The notes under the pieces: model-generated | The model's database searches: none | What the model was told of the DNA's origin: nothing | Seen by the model: the letters and a program-made list of their open reading frames with translations, nothing else | Translations under genes and position numbers: made by a program | Shown here: positions 18,716 to 27,474 of the stretch, piece after piece | Layout: each line of letters begins with the position of its first letter | How positions within the stretch are numbered: position 1 is the stretch's first letter | From: Enterobacter phage EspM4VN | Sequence record: LC373201.2 | Length of the DNA: 64,000 bases | Direction: 5' to 3' (one strand)

Positions 18716-20939
18716 ATCATTAGAATTTAAGAATGCGGTTGCGACTGCTGCTCCGTCCAACCATGTAATCGTTGTGGACATCTCTTATTCGATGTACCGT
18801 GCGCTCCCTGAAGTCCGTAAGCATCTGAAGGAGAACCTGCCTTCTCTGGTGAAACCGGAAGACACTGTGAGTGTTCTGTACTTCTCATCCCGTGGCGACT
18901 TTGGTACTGTGTTCGCTGGCCGTCAGGTTAGTGCAGCATCTGACCTGAGTGAGCTGAACAAACTGATCGACCGCTTCCTGCAGCCATCTGGCTGTACTGG
19001 CTTTGTTGAGCCTTTAAAGCTGGCGTTCGATACTGCAGACAGCCTGAAGAAGCCTGGCTATGTCAACAACCTGGCGTTCATGACCGATGGTTATGACAAC
19101 TGCTGGCGTACCAACGAAATCCTGCTGGTCGCCGAGACCCTGCCTCATGCATTCGACAACATCACGTTCATCGAATACGGCTGGAACTGTAACCGCGAAC
19201 TGCTGTCGCAGATGGCTGAACGCTCTGGTGCGACTCACGTGTTCGCCGAAGGCCAGACTGAATATCAGACTGAGCTGGAAAACGTTCTGAAGTCCTCGGT
19301 GCCGAAGGTTCGTGTCGACATCAGCGCCCTATACACGCATGCCATCTACGTTGAAAATGGCGTAGCAACTGTGTTAGCTGCTCAGTCGGACGTGAAAGAT
19401 TCGGATATCCCTGGGGTGAAGGTCGAAGTAAGCGCCTACGTTAACGTCCCTGAGAGCGTCACCAAGCTGTGGGTTGTAAACCCTAACATGATCGACCAGA
19501 TGGATAGCCTGACGGATATCCAGGCGGCATACGTGCTGGCGTTCTACGGCGTACACACGATGGACGCAGATCTGGTTTGGGCTGCTCTGAAGAAGACTGG
19601 TGACGTGCGCTTCATCAAGCGTTACAACAACTGCTTCACCAAGCAGGACTACTCCAACATCAAGATCGATCTGGTACAGGCTATCGTTGACGACCAGCTG
19701 CGCGGCGTTGAAGGCATCGACTACAACCTGGTTCCGGCTGAAGACGCAACCACCGTCGTTGATGTGCTGACGTACCTGGCCGAAGCTGGTGTGTCTGTTG
19801 CAACCAAGCATCCTATGTTCTCCTATCGCAGCATTGGTCGCGGTACTGTGCAGAAAGCCGACGACACCGAAGACAAGCTGGCTGAAGAGATCGCGAATGC
19901 TCAGTCCAAAGAAGAGCGTAAAGCCCTGGCTCTCAAGCTGGCAGAGCACGAAGAGTGGACGCCGTCGTTTGAACCTGCGAACGATCTGGGCGTGGTTCCA
20001 ATCAGCGACCTGGTCTATAACTCCGAGCGCCCGAACATCAGTGTGCGTACAATTCAACACGGTACTGTGGCGGTGCCTGAGTTCGCGCAGAAGAAGTTTG
20101 GCCTGCCTGAAGAACTGGACACCTTCCAGTGGCGCAACTACACCATCGTCAAAGATGGCATCATCAACGTGAAGACCCTGCCGTTCAAGGCTGACGCCGA
20201 AGTTGCGACTGTTCTTCATCAGATGGGCGTTCACGTGTTCGGTGGCCAGAACGACGTGTTCATCCTGAACCTGGAAAGCGTACCGCTGGTCAACCGCGCC
20301 ATGACCAAGAACATCAGTGCTGCTCAGTTCTTTGCCGACAACGTCCGCCTGGAAGCCCTGAAAGGCAAACAGAAGGTGCTGAAGTTCTACCGTGACGCCC
20401 TGGTTGGTAAGGGTAACGCCAAAGGTCTGGCTATTCAGTACGGTGCCGAGGCCGCAGAATACCTGTCTGGCGTTGGCATCCGTGATTACGGCTTCTCACC
20501 GAAGACTGAGACCAAGGAGTCTACCGACTTCTACATGAGCCGTGAGCTGAACGTGAAGATCGCTGGCGCTTCTTCCCTGCCGTCTATCGCAGCGGTGCAG
20601 AAGAAGATTGCCGACAAGAAGAACCTGAATGCTGGTGACATGTTCATCGCCAATGCGCTGAAAGAGTACGATGCATTCGTGAAGTCTCCGGCCATTACTG
20701 CTGTACCTGAAGCCGTACAGAAACAGCTGATCGAAAACTGGATCGACGCTGCTGCCAAGGCGGCCATCACCGAAGTCCGCGCCCTGAACAAGACGCTGTC
20801 TAAAGTGGTGTACGGTATCGTTGCTGGCCACGGCTGGTTCACCGACCTCGATCTGGAAGAGTCAACCATGGAAGTTGAAGTGGATGGCGTGAAGTACAAG
20901 GTCACTGCCGAACTGGCAGAGAAAGAGATCAAAATCTAA
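18708..20939 (+). CDS. von Willebrand factor A (vWA) domain protein (~743 aa)
   Basis: MIDAS motif VIVVDISYSMY (DxSxS), then TGFVEPL and FMTDGYDN. The long C-terminal part is alpha-helical and Ala-rich. A terminator follows at 20946-20969. Confidence 0.7.
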   Translation: MIESLEFKNAVATAAPSNHVIVVDISYSMYRALPEVRKHLKENLPSLVKPEDTVSVLYFSSRGDFGTVFAGRQVSAASDLSELNKLIDRFLQPSGCTGFVEPLKLAFDTADSLKKPGYVNNLAFMTDGYDNCWRTNEILLVAETLPHAFDNITFIEYGWNCNRELLSQMAERSGATHVFAEGQTEYQTELENVLKSSVPKVRVDISALYTHAIYVENGVATVLAAQSDVKDSDIPGVKVEVSAYVNVPESVTKLWVVNPNMIDQMDSLTDIQAAYVLAFYGVHTMDADLVWAALKKTGDVRFIKRYNNCFTKQDYSNIKIDLVQAIVDDQLRGVEGIDYNLVPAEDATTVVDVLTYLAEAGVSVATKHPMFSYRSIGRGTVQKADDTEDKLAEEIANAQSKEERKALALKLAEHEEWTPSFEPANDLGVVPISDLVYNSERPNISVRTIQHGTVAVPEFAQKKFGLPEELDTFQWRNYTIVKDGIINVKTLPFKADAEVATVLHQMGVHVFGGQNDVFILNLESVPLVNRAMTKNISAAQFFADNVRLEALKGKQKVLKFYRDALVGKGNAKGLAIQYGAEAAEYLSGVGIRDYGFSPKTETKESTDFYMSRELNVKIAGASSLPSIAAVQKKIADKKNLNAGDMFIANALKEYDAFVKSPAITAVPEAVQKQLIENWIDAAAKAAITEVRALNKTLSKVVYGIVAGHGWFTDLDLEESTMEVEVDGVKYKVTAELAEKEIKI

Positions 20940-20945
20940 TCCAAC

Positions 20946-20969
20946 GGGCGGGGCAACCCGCCTTTCTTT
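20946..20969 (+). terminator. intrinsic terminator (gggcgggg-caa-cccgcc-tttcttt) after the vWA gene
   Basis: GC stem plus T-run. Confidence 0.55.
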
Positions 20970-20981
20970 GGGAGAAGTAAC

Positions 20982-21308
20982 ATGAGCAGTAAACCAACAT
21001 ATGTTGAAGTCATGCGTCATCTGGCTCAGTACGCCACTGACAATCTGAATCTGGAAGTCAGTGATGAGGACAAGAGTAGCATCAAAGGAATCGTCGACGC
21101 CGAAGTGGTAATCAACGATGCCCTGGACAAGCTGGCTGGCCTCCGCACCAAGAAAGACCTCGGTGGTGATGAACTCGATGCTATCGAAATCGTAATGGAC
21201 CTCGAAGAAGAGTTTCAGGTAGAAATCGACGATGGTTGGCTGGGTAGTAAAGGCGATGACCCTACCATGGGCGAACTCGCTGAACTCGTGGTTGCCCTGC
21301 GCAAATAA
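20982..21308 (+). CDS. acyl-carrier-protein-like protein with Ser-to-Glu substitution at the phosphopantetheine site
   Basis: KKDLGGDELDAIEIVMDLEEEFQVEIDD aligns with ACP ...[27 protein letters not shown]. The DSL attachment serine is DEL here. Confidence 0.6.
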   Translation: MSSKPTYVEVMRHLAQYATDNLNLEVSDEDKSSIKGIVDAEVVINDALDKLAGLRTKKDLGGDELDAIEIVMDLEEEFQVEIDDGWLGSKGDDPTMGELAELVVALRK

Positions 21309-21313
21309 CAGAA

Positions 21314-21379
21314 GTCCCCAACGTTTGTTGGGGATTTTTACTTTTAGGGGTTTACTTCTTCCAAGTAATGTCCTATTAT
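21314..21379 (+). promoter_or_regulatory. intrinsic terminator (tccccaac-gttt-gttgggga-ttttt) followed by promoter TTTACT-N17-TATTAT
   Basis: Hairpin plus T-run, then the TTTACTTCTTCC element. Confidence 0.5.
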
Positions 21380-21416
21380 TCAATAACTGGCGAACGATGG
21401 GGTTCACCAGATTGAG

Positions 21417-21671
21417 ATGAAGGGTTACATTATGAAACTGCCTGGTTACGTTGAAATCTATGTCCGCCTCGATAAAGACGGTAATCTGAAAGCCAAAGAG
21501 TTGACGCACATGATTATCAAGTACGGCGTCGACACTGTGGTCGAAGTTGAAAACGAACAAGTTAAAGGTGAGTATGTCAAAATTAAAGGGCGTGGCCTCA
21601 GAACAAACCCGACTTACTTTGTGGGAGTTCACCTTGACACAGGTAAAGAAGTCGTGGAGATGGTGGCATAA
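21417..21671 (+). CDS. hypothetical protein (~79-84 aa)
   Basis: ORF downstream of the promoter at 21351-21379 with the ggttacattATG start context. The second ATG is the likelier start. Confidence 0.4.
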   Translation: MKGYIMKLPGYVEIYVRLDKDGNLKAKELTHMIIKYGVDTVVEVENEQVKGEYVKIKGRGLRTNPTYFVGVHLDTGKEVVEMVA

Positions 21672-21916
21672 TGTCAAATAAGAACAAAATGGTCGAAACT
21701 TCAGTAGAGATTGATCGCAATTGGGGTTTGCTGCGCGCCAAAGGGTTCCGTCGTGTGTATGCGACCAAAGAAGTCTATGCCCAGCGCCGTGACGTTATCA
21801 TCAGCAAGAAAGGCAAAGAGTGGGTTGCTGAAGAAGTCGATGTTGAGACGGGCGTCGTCGGTAAGGTGAAGGCCAAGGCCGCGATCCTCTTCGCTCTTCT
21901 GAAGCATATCAATTAA
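21671..21916 (+). CDS. hypothetical basic protein (81 aa)
   Basis: ORF coupled to the previous one through an ATGA overlap. Confidence 0.4.
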   Translation: MSNKNKMVETSVEIDRNWGLLRAKGFRRVYATKEVYAQRRDVIISKKGKEWVAEEVDVETGVVGKVKAKAAILFALLKHIN

Positions 21917-21975
21917 TTCTATAAACTCCGGCGGGGTATGATTACCCCGTCTATTTGAAATGCAGGAACTATATC

Positions 21976-22431
21976 ATGACCCGTATCAATGTTATTCCCG
22001 TTGAATCTCTTTGTGACCAGCACCTCCTTGCCGAGTACACCGAACTCGCGCCTGTCGTTCTTAATGTGGTGAACGGCAAGCGCCGCAACCTCAAGGGTGC
22101 TCCGAAGCAGTACAAACTCAACGAAGGTCATGTGCTGTTCTTCCGCGACAAGCTCATTTATCTGATTGAGCGATATGATCAGCTTGTTACCGAACTGCTG
22201 TCCCGTGGGTACACTGTCAACTATCCGTCCCTCCGCAATCAGGTGACCTCCGATAATCGACAGGAACTCGCGATCTATCTGAACGATTACCAACCGACCC
22301 AAGCCGCAGTCCAAGAGAATGTCGAGCGCATTGTCGAACGCCTGAATGGGATGGGTAAAATCACGTATAACCGCACACCAGTAGACCCATCCTACATGGT
22401 GAACGTTATGAAACAATCATTCCAATTCTGA
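21976..22431 (+). CDS. denV: pyrimidine dimer DNA glycosylase / endonuclease V (T4 DenV family)
   Basis: MTRINVIPVESLCDQHLLAEYTELAP matches T4 DenV [39 protein letters not shown] start context. Confidence 0.85.
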   Translation: MTRINVIPVESLCDQHLLAEYTELAPVVLNVVNGKRRNLKGAPKQYKLNEGHVLFFRDKLIYLIERYDQLVTELLSRGYTVNYPSLRNQVTSDNRQELAIYLNDYQPTQAAVQENVERIVERLNGMGKITYNRTPVDPSYMVNVMKQSFQF

Positions 22432-22443
22432 AGAGACTATATC

Positions 22444-22818
22444 ATGAAAAAGTTAATCCTTGTCGTTGCCATGCTGGGCGCTTCCTTCTCTGCTGTTTCC
22501 GCTCCTCCTGTCATCACCGGAGTGTCTACCAACGGTGTTTATGCTTTCAAGGCGTATGGCCAAGACCTCGTTCTGTATAAGAACGGGAAGATGATTGAGC
22601 GCTGCGTATCAGACGGCGTAAACCGTGGGATCGACAATCAGGGCAGCCCGTTCATTCTAGACTTCTATGCCTGCTCCAACGGGACTAAGACCTTCGGTGT
22701 CAAGACCTTTGGTAACGTTGCCGACGGTGGTTGGGGCTTCATGATTGAAACCCGCAATCGCCGCCCAGTCACCACCATGGAAGAAGAGTTCATGATCTCT
22801 GTTGGGGGCACGTTATGA
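22444..22818 (+). CDS. secreted protein with signal peptide (124 aa)
   Basis: MKKLILVVAMLGASFSAVSA / PPV cleavage-site pattern. Confidence 0.5.
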   Translation: MKKLILVVAMLGASFSAVSAPPVITGVSTNGVYAFKAYGQDLVLYKNGKMIERCVSDGVNRGIDNQGSPFILDFYACSNGTKTFGVKTFGNVADGGWGFMIETRNRRPVTTMEEEFMISVGGTL

Positions 22819-23102
22819 CTCCTGAACAACGCCGTTCCGTGAAAGTCATGGTGAAAGGCAAGACACATCTGAGTTATGTCCAGTCTGCCAATGTTGTCCG
22901 CCTGATGGAAGTCAAGAACGACATCGACAACTCCCGATTCCAATCGGCGCTCTATGGGCTTCTCGAGTTCGTTCTGCGCCAGGCTGATCTTGGTCATGTC
23001 GATACTCTTGATGATCTGACCAATCTGTTGAATACGGGCGGGGAAGGTTTCGACACCGCCCGTATCCTGATTGATGGCGGACCTGAAGAAGACGAGGTGT
23101 AA
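22815..23102 (+). CDS. hypothetical protein (95 aa)
   Basis: ORF with a 4-nt overlap with the upstream gene. Confidence 0.45.
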   Translation: MTPEQRRSVKVMVKGKTHLSYVQSANVVRLMEVKNDIDNSRFQSALYGLLEFVLRQADLGHVDTLDDLTNLLNTGGEGFDTARILIDGGPEEDEV

Positions 23103-23103
23103 T

Positions 23104-23262
23104 ATGGATAAAGAATTGGTTTGGGAAATTGTGAAGGGTGTCCTGGTAATAATCGCGGTGGTTTTCATCTTGGGTGGGAACTTCTTCTATTGGTTATTCC
23201 GATCCGACCAGAAACGTCGCGAACGCAAGGAGAAAGAGAGAAAGGATCGCTGGATGCGCTAA
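23104..23262 (+). CDS. small single-pass membrane protein (~52 aa)
   Basis: MDKELVWEIVKGVLVIIAVVFILGG..., then a basic tail. Confidence 0.3.
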   Translation: MDKELVWEIVKGVLVIIAVVFILGGNFFYWLFRSDQKRRERKEKERKDRWMR

Positions 23263-23286
23263 CTAAGGGATAATCCATATCCCGAG

Positions 23287-23745
23287 GTGAATCTCATGTT
23301 CATGTCTTCCTTCATAGACTGGTTGAACATTATCAACGGCCTGAGGATTCCTGTTGGAAACCTCGGGCTTTCTCGTTCTTCTATGCCACAGATTGACGAT
23401 GACAAGCAGCAGGCGTTCCATGACTACCTGGAGGAACTTGGCATCACCATCGACGCTGGCCAGGTTCCAATCAGATCCCTCCGTCTCACCCAGAACGAAA
23501 TCAACAAGATGAAGGTCTGGAAGATCATGAAGAACATTCGGAACAAGAAGCCCATGGGACGGGTTTGGGTTTCTTCTGACAATTATGTGGTCGACGGCTC
23601 ACACCGCTATGTCGCCGCCCTGAACATGGATGACCGCCAGCGCCTCAAGGTCTACAAAGTGGACATGCCTGCTCTGGAGTTCGTCAAGGTTGCCAAGCAG
23701 TTCAAGGGTGTGAAGTTCAGAACCGTGTCTGACGCTCGCTTCTGA
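23287..23745 (+). CDS. ParB/Srx-like nuclease-domain protein
   Basis: YVVDGSHRYVAALN matches the ParB N-terminal DGxHR motif. Confidence 0.45.
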   Translation: MNLMFMSSFIDWLNIINGLRIPVGNLGLSRSSMPQIDDDKQQAFHDYLEELGITIDAGQVPIRSLRLTQNEINKMKVWKIMKNIRNKKPMGRVWVSSDNYVVDGSHRYVAALNMDDRQRLKVYKVDMPALEFVKVAKQFKGVKFRTVSDARF

Positions 23746-23824
23746 ATACGATAGTTTATTGAAACCCTTTACTCAACATGGTGAGCCGCCTATCATTTCA
23801 TCCAATGAAATAAGGAGAATCACC

Positions 23825-24510
23825 ATGAAACGTTTAATCCTCGGGTTGTGCTGGCTGGTCTGGCATTACCCGCCGCTGCCAAGCTGAACTCCACAGGTGA
23901 CAAACTGTGGTCTGATCTTTCCTACTGTGCTGGGTTCTCCCAGGCAGTTGCCATCGATAAGTCTGGTTCCATAGAGAACTTTGCTGAACTCTGGAACACA
24001 GGCAACGTCTCAACCGCTGTGGTCAACGCTGGGATTGAGTTCAACCGTTACAAACAGGGAGCCTATAACCTCAAGGGCTACCTAAATGACGATGAATTTA
24101 ATCGAGGAGGCATGGAGGCAGGCGATTTGATCATGACTGGCCGAATGGGCACACAAGGTCGCATAAAGGTGAGAGAGTGCCGTTCGCTCCCTTCTCCGGC
24201 ATTACAGAAGGGTGTGCAGATAGGCCGCCGTCACCTGAACCTGATCAACGATGGCAACCAGTGCATCAAGGTCTTCGAATACAGCGCCACACAGACCTCT
24301 GATCGTGTCCTGAAGAAGGAATGGCGCACCCGCGCTCTCGGCCTCAGAGCCTGGTTGGTAGAGAATGACCGTTATTTTGAGGATCGTGTTCAGAACGGCC
24401 TGAAAGATCTGGCCACTGACCTGAGCGTGAACCTTGATGACCCTCGCATGTCACACGAACTCCAGCAGACTCGTGTCGACTGCGACAATATGATGAAGGA
24501 GAACGAATGA
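23825..24510 (+). CDS. secreted protein (~228 aa), frameshifted inside the signal peptide (~23845)
   Basis: MKRLILGL in frame 2 continues as (V)LAGLALPAAAKLNSTGDK in frame 1 (track ORF 23848..24510). Adding one G restores the frame. Confidence 0.45.
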
Positions 24511-24839
24511 TGTTACGCAAAATCATCCTCCTGCTGTTGCTGGCTGTTGTCGTGAGTTACGTTGCTGGTGCGTATGCAGCACCGCCGTCTAAGCTGAACA
24601 CGTGTGCGGCTTGGATGAACACGTATCAACAGTTCCATCCAGACGACAAGGACACTTCCATTCTTCTGTCTGACTTCGAGGGTGAGATGAAGCGCCTAGA
24701 CCTGTTCAGCGTGGACGAGATTGAGAATGCTCTGGACCTACCCATGATGCTGTCTGCCGCCGATAACAGTCCACAGACGAAGAAAGATCTGATGTATTGT
24801 CGTGGAATTGCTCAGGACTTTGTCGGCTTTCAAAAATAA
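24507..24839 (+). CDS. secreted protein with signal peptide (110 aa)
   Basis: MMLRKIILLLLLAVVVSYVAGAYA. Confidence 0.5.
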   Translation: MMLRKIILLLLLAVVVSYVAGAYAAPPSKLNTCAAWMNTYQQFHPDDKDTSILLSDFEGEMKRLDLFSVDEIENALDLPMMLSAADNSPQTKKDLMYCRGIAQDFVGFQK

Positions 24840-24888
24840 GTTTCGGGTTAAAATTTAGCCCTACATTGAACTGAAGGAATACACTGTG

Positions 24889-25815
24889 ATGCTCCCGACC
24901 AAATCAATCGCTGCGGCGATTATCGAAAAGAATAAGGCTTTTGCCCCCAACACAGCCAAAGTTATGTTGGTGCACGAAGACGCTCGCGTGATCTTCGCTG
25001 AGAAGTTCGAGATGGGCGCAAAGTTCTGGTATGCCGACAACTTGCGTGAGAGCAAACTTCAGGGCATCATCCACAAACTGACTCTGGTCGCCAAGCGCAA
25101 TGACCAGGGTGATTGGGTGGGTGTTTCCGACTTCAGTACGAAGATCACGCCAAAGGCTCCGCTTTCTCGTCAAGAGCGCGTGCTGCAAGCCCAAGAAAAG
25201 CTACGGCTGGCAAGAGGTGCACCGAAGGCGAAACCGGATGCAAGTCCTGTTATAACGCCTGCCACCAAACTGCCTCCGGTGAGCGAAAAGTCTGTTGAGC
25301 AATATGCGGAGAAGCGCAAGGGTGTGGTGAAACCAGAGAATGGTCACGCAGTTGTCAAGACCGACAAGACTGTAGAACCCTTTAAGGATTCTTCAAAATC
25401 AGCTGTTGAAGTCGTTTCAGCAGTAACTGATGTTGTCAACAAAGTGCGCCAAGACATGGTTGCGCTGGGTACTCTGGATGATCCATCCGAATTCATCTCC
25501 CTGCGTGAACTTGAGCCGCCTGCTCGCCGTCGCATTGCCAACGAAATGTTTGTGTCCTTCAGGCCGGACGGGAAGATCATCCTGTGCAAAGCCCTGCGCG
25601 ATGCACTCCCGTGGACAACTCTGAACATGATGGTGACACGCGACTTCAAGCGCTTCGGCATCATGCAAGGCAAGGACTACAATGTGAATCAGAGCGGGAC
25701 TTATGTCAATCGTGCCATGTGCGACAAGCTAACCTTCCCAGAAGATGCCGGAACGATCCGCGTCGTTCTGACCTGGGACGACAAGCTGAACATGTATGTT
25801 GGTGAATTCCAATAA
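24889..25815 (+). CDS. hypothetical protein (~308 aa)
   Basis: ORF with a central basic Lys/Pro-rich linker. A weak terminator lies at ~25816-25850. Confidence 0.55.
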   Translation: MLPTKSIAAAIIEKNKAFAPNTAKVMLVHEDARVIFAEKFEMGAKFWYADNLRESKLQGIIHKLTLVAKRNDQGDWVGVSDFSTKITPKAPLSRQERVLQAQEKLRLARGAPKAKPDASPVITPATKLPPVSEKSVEQYAEKRKGVVKPENGHAVVKTDKTVEPFKDSSKSAVEVVSAVTDVVNKVRQDMVALGTLDDPSEFISLRELEPPARRRIANEMFVSFRPDGKIILCKALRDALPWTTLNMMVTRDFKRFGIMQGKDYNVNQSGTYVNRAMCDKLTFPEDAGTIRVVLTWDDKLNMYVGEFQ

Positions 25816-25871
25816 TCAATAACCTCGGGCGGCTTATCATAAGGTCGCCCTTTCATTTGAGAGACTATATC

Positions 25872-26523
25872 ATGGAAAAACTTTATTCTATCATCGTCGG
25901 TCCTGATCCTGACGGATTATTCTTCGCGCCGTTGTCTTATATTGCCCACGCCCGTATCGGCAGCCATTATGCATATTGCACACATGGCCACGACGGTTCC
26001 AACGTCCTCCATTATGGTCGTTTTAACGATTTTCTGGCTCTTCAACCTGAAGATGTTGTGTTGGCGCGTCGCGTGTTCATCGATTTCAACGCGATGCACA
26101 ACAACGAAATCGACGCTCGCTACCATGCCATGCGTTCTATGGAAGGGCGAGACTGCATTTACCGTGTCGACCATTTTGGTGAGTTTGCCCAATCGATCGA
26201 TTGGTTCGTTTCGGACAAGACATTGGGCGACGACTCCGTGGGCGCATGCAGAACAACTTCGCGTGTCTACCGATGCGTACAAAGAAGTCGACAATCTGTG
26301 CAACAAGTTCCGCATCTCCGTGACCTGTAATCAAGACCTCGGCGAAGTGGTTCAATGGACGGCGCAGTCTCCTCACTTCAGTGACCTGGTGATGCGAGCT
26401 GAAACACGTTCCCGCGCTGTCGTTCAGTTGGTTCTGTGGGCGTTCTACCAGCGCACCCCATTCTCCTATATGGGGCAGAAAGCGATTGATGAACTCCTGA
26501 AGTCTCACGCGGTGGAGGTGTAA
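25872..26523 (+). CDS. hypothetical protein, frame-disrupted near ~26225
   Basis: Track ORFs 25857..26330 and 25942..26523 both read as natural protein (...FVSDKTLGDDSVG | AHAEQLRVSTDAYKEVDNL...). GAGACTATATCATG start context. Confidence 0.4.
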
Positions 26524-26524
26524 C

Positions 26525-26974
26525 ATGGGTGGTGTATGGTGTGATGTCTTGCTGGTTCGCTACAGCATAAATGGGACCACGCAAGTGTGTTCCGCCTTCT
26601 ATCCAGTTCCATTCTCTTCTGGCGGCCTGACGGTTCAGCGAGTTCTCGATATTGAAGCAGAACTGAACAAACGATCTTGGGGTGTGCGTGATGTGCAAGT
26701 CCTGGGGTACGATCTTCTGAATGAAATGTTGGTTGAAGAAGACAAAGTTGAGACTGTCATTGGTCGCCCAGAGATGCAGGTCTTGATGAATCTGGCTGGC
26801 ACCGAAACAACCGAAGTCGAAACGGTGTCTGCGCCTGTCATACCAACACAGGAACGCCTTAACGCCATCGCCGGATTATTCAAGGATGGTTTTTGTGATG
26901 ACCGCATGGCTCACGAGATCTATGCCGTCGCACTGGGCATTGAAGATGCCCAAATGCGTGATAACCGATCATAA
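26525..26974 (+). CDS. hypothetical protein (149 aa)
   Basis: ORF coupled to the previous gene (TAACATGG). Confidence 0.5.
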   Translation: MGGVWCDVLLVRYSINGTTQVCSAFYPVPFSSGGLTVQRVLDIEAELNKRSWGVRDVQVLGYDLLNEMLVEEDKVETVIGRPEMQVLMNLAGTETTEVETVSAPVIPTQERLNAIAGLFKDGFCDDRMAHEIYAVALGIEDAQMRDNRS

Positions 26975-27066
26975 TTTTTCGCTTTATTCAATATGTTTTG
27001 TTAGGTAAGCTGTAGTCCTCTTGTAGTGAACATGAAAGTAAACATTAACCCAACGGAGAAATCCAG

Positions 27067-27345
27067 ATGAATCGTACTGAATTTGTTGCCCACATTGCTT
27101 CGACCCAGAACATCACCAAAGGCGAAGCGGAGAAAGTAGTGGCATCCTTTATCGACGGCGTTAAAACTGCAGTTGCTGCAGGCGCATCTGTACAGCTGGT
27201 CGGCTTCGGCGCGTTCGAAGTGAAGCACCAGGAAGCTCGTGAAGGTCGTAACCCTCTGAACGGTCAGACCATTCAGATCGAAGCGAAAAACGTTGTGAAA
27301 TTCAAAGTGGGCGAAGGTCTGAAGAACGCTGCCAACGGCAAGTAA
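27067..27345 (+). CDS. HU/IHF-family DNA-binding protein
   Basis: MNRTEFVAHIA...GEAEKVVASFIDGV...LVGFGAFEVKHQEAREGRNPLNGQTIQIEAKNVVKFKVG is the canonical HU fold. A strong terminator follows at 27398-27430. Confidence 0.8.
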   Translation: MNRTEFVAHIASTQNITKGEAEKVVASFIDGVKTAVAAGASVQLVGFGAFEVKHQEAREGRNPLNGQTIQIEAKNVVKFKVGEGLKNAANGK

Positions 27346-27397
27346 TTCAACCTGGTTCGGTCCGACCTCTGCAACGCAGGGGTGTGACAAAAGAGAA

Positions 27398-27430
27398 AGC
27401 CGGAGTACAATGCTCCGGCTTTTTCTTTCT
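27398..27430 (+). terminator. intrinsic terminator (agccggag-tacaatg-ctccggct-ttttctttct) after the HU-like gene
   Basis: 8-bp GC-rich stem plus a long T-run. Confidence 0.65.
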
Positions 27431-27474
27431 TGGGAATCGGGTAAACTATAGGCGAATCCCATAGGAGGAAGCAA

